In this document: in pieces, positions 63,591 through 64,000 of the stretch
How the letters are laid out: each line of letters begins with the position of its first letter
Numbering within the stretch: position 1 is the first letter of the stretch
NCBI RefSeq assembly: GCF_037042905.1
Contig: NW_026974140.1
Span: 1,428,001 to 1,492,000, forward strand
Length of the DNA stretch: 64,000 bases
DNA from: Lytechinus pictus
Taxonomy: Eukaryota
Direction of reading: 5' to 3'
Position numbers and translations under genes: made by a program
Notes under the pieces: generated by a model
The model's input: the letters and a program-made list of their open reading frames with translations, nothing else
The model's database searches: none
What the model was told of the DNA's origin: nothing

Positions 63591-64000
63591 AGGCCTAAAT
63601 GAAATTTCCAAAAGTTTGGGCACGTGATCCGCTCGCAACATCTCACAAGGATGCTCTTTTAACAGTAATTGACCTAAAAGGTGAATTTTACATCTTCAGA
63701 TTTGATTTTTCCCCCAAACCGCTTGCTCGCTACGCTCGCAGATATGAAACGTAAATATATAACTTATCAATCAGAGATCACTTACAAAATTTTGCTCAAC
63801 TTAATTACTACAAAACACACAACTTTTTTACACAGATGATAATCTTATGGCGAAAATATCCGTTTGCACCAAAATGCCCCTATTGGCCCGTTTTTTGGCT
63901 ATGCCCCCCCCCAAAAAAAACGAAAATACGTTCGGCCGCCACTGGTTTAAAAACACGCTTCGTCTTCATGGCTAACTGCAAAAAGTTCTTAAAATGTCCC

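Overview
Eukaryotic, AT-rich, repeat-dense genomic DNA. The repeat types (poly-G/poly-C-ended MITEs, GCGAGCGCGAAGCGCGAGC motifs, AGGTCAAAGGTCA-bearing Helentron-like elements, tRNA-derived SINEs) suggest a marine deuterostome, probably a sea urchin (inference). Only one host gene is supported. It has three short + strand coding exons (26057-26156, 29123-29259, 33839-33898) that splice in frame into a signal peptide plus what looks like the start of a Sema domain (semaphorin-like); no further exon was found in the remaining ~30 kb. The rest is nested mobile DNA: a >4-kb head-to-head inverted repeat at the window start carrying two insertions of one Tx1/L1-clade LINE family, a decayed CR1/L2-group LINE (46.2-55.3 kb), an 8.2-kb foldback-like TIR element with GGATAC arrays, a solo LTR, SINEs, and many non-autonomous DNA transposons with readable TIRs and TSDs (P-, hAT-, Kolobok-, Harbinger-, piggyBac-, Tc1/mariner- and Helentron-like). 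Most short ORFs in the track are spurious. Superfamily names come from TIR/TSD rules and motif recall, not database searches.
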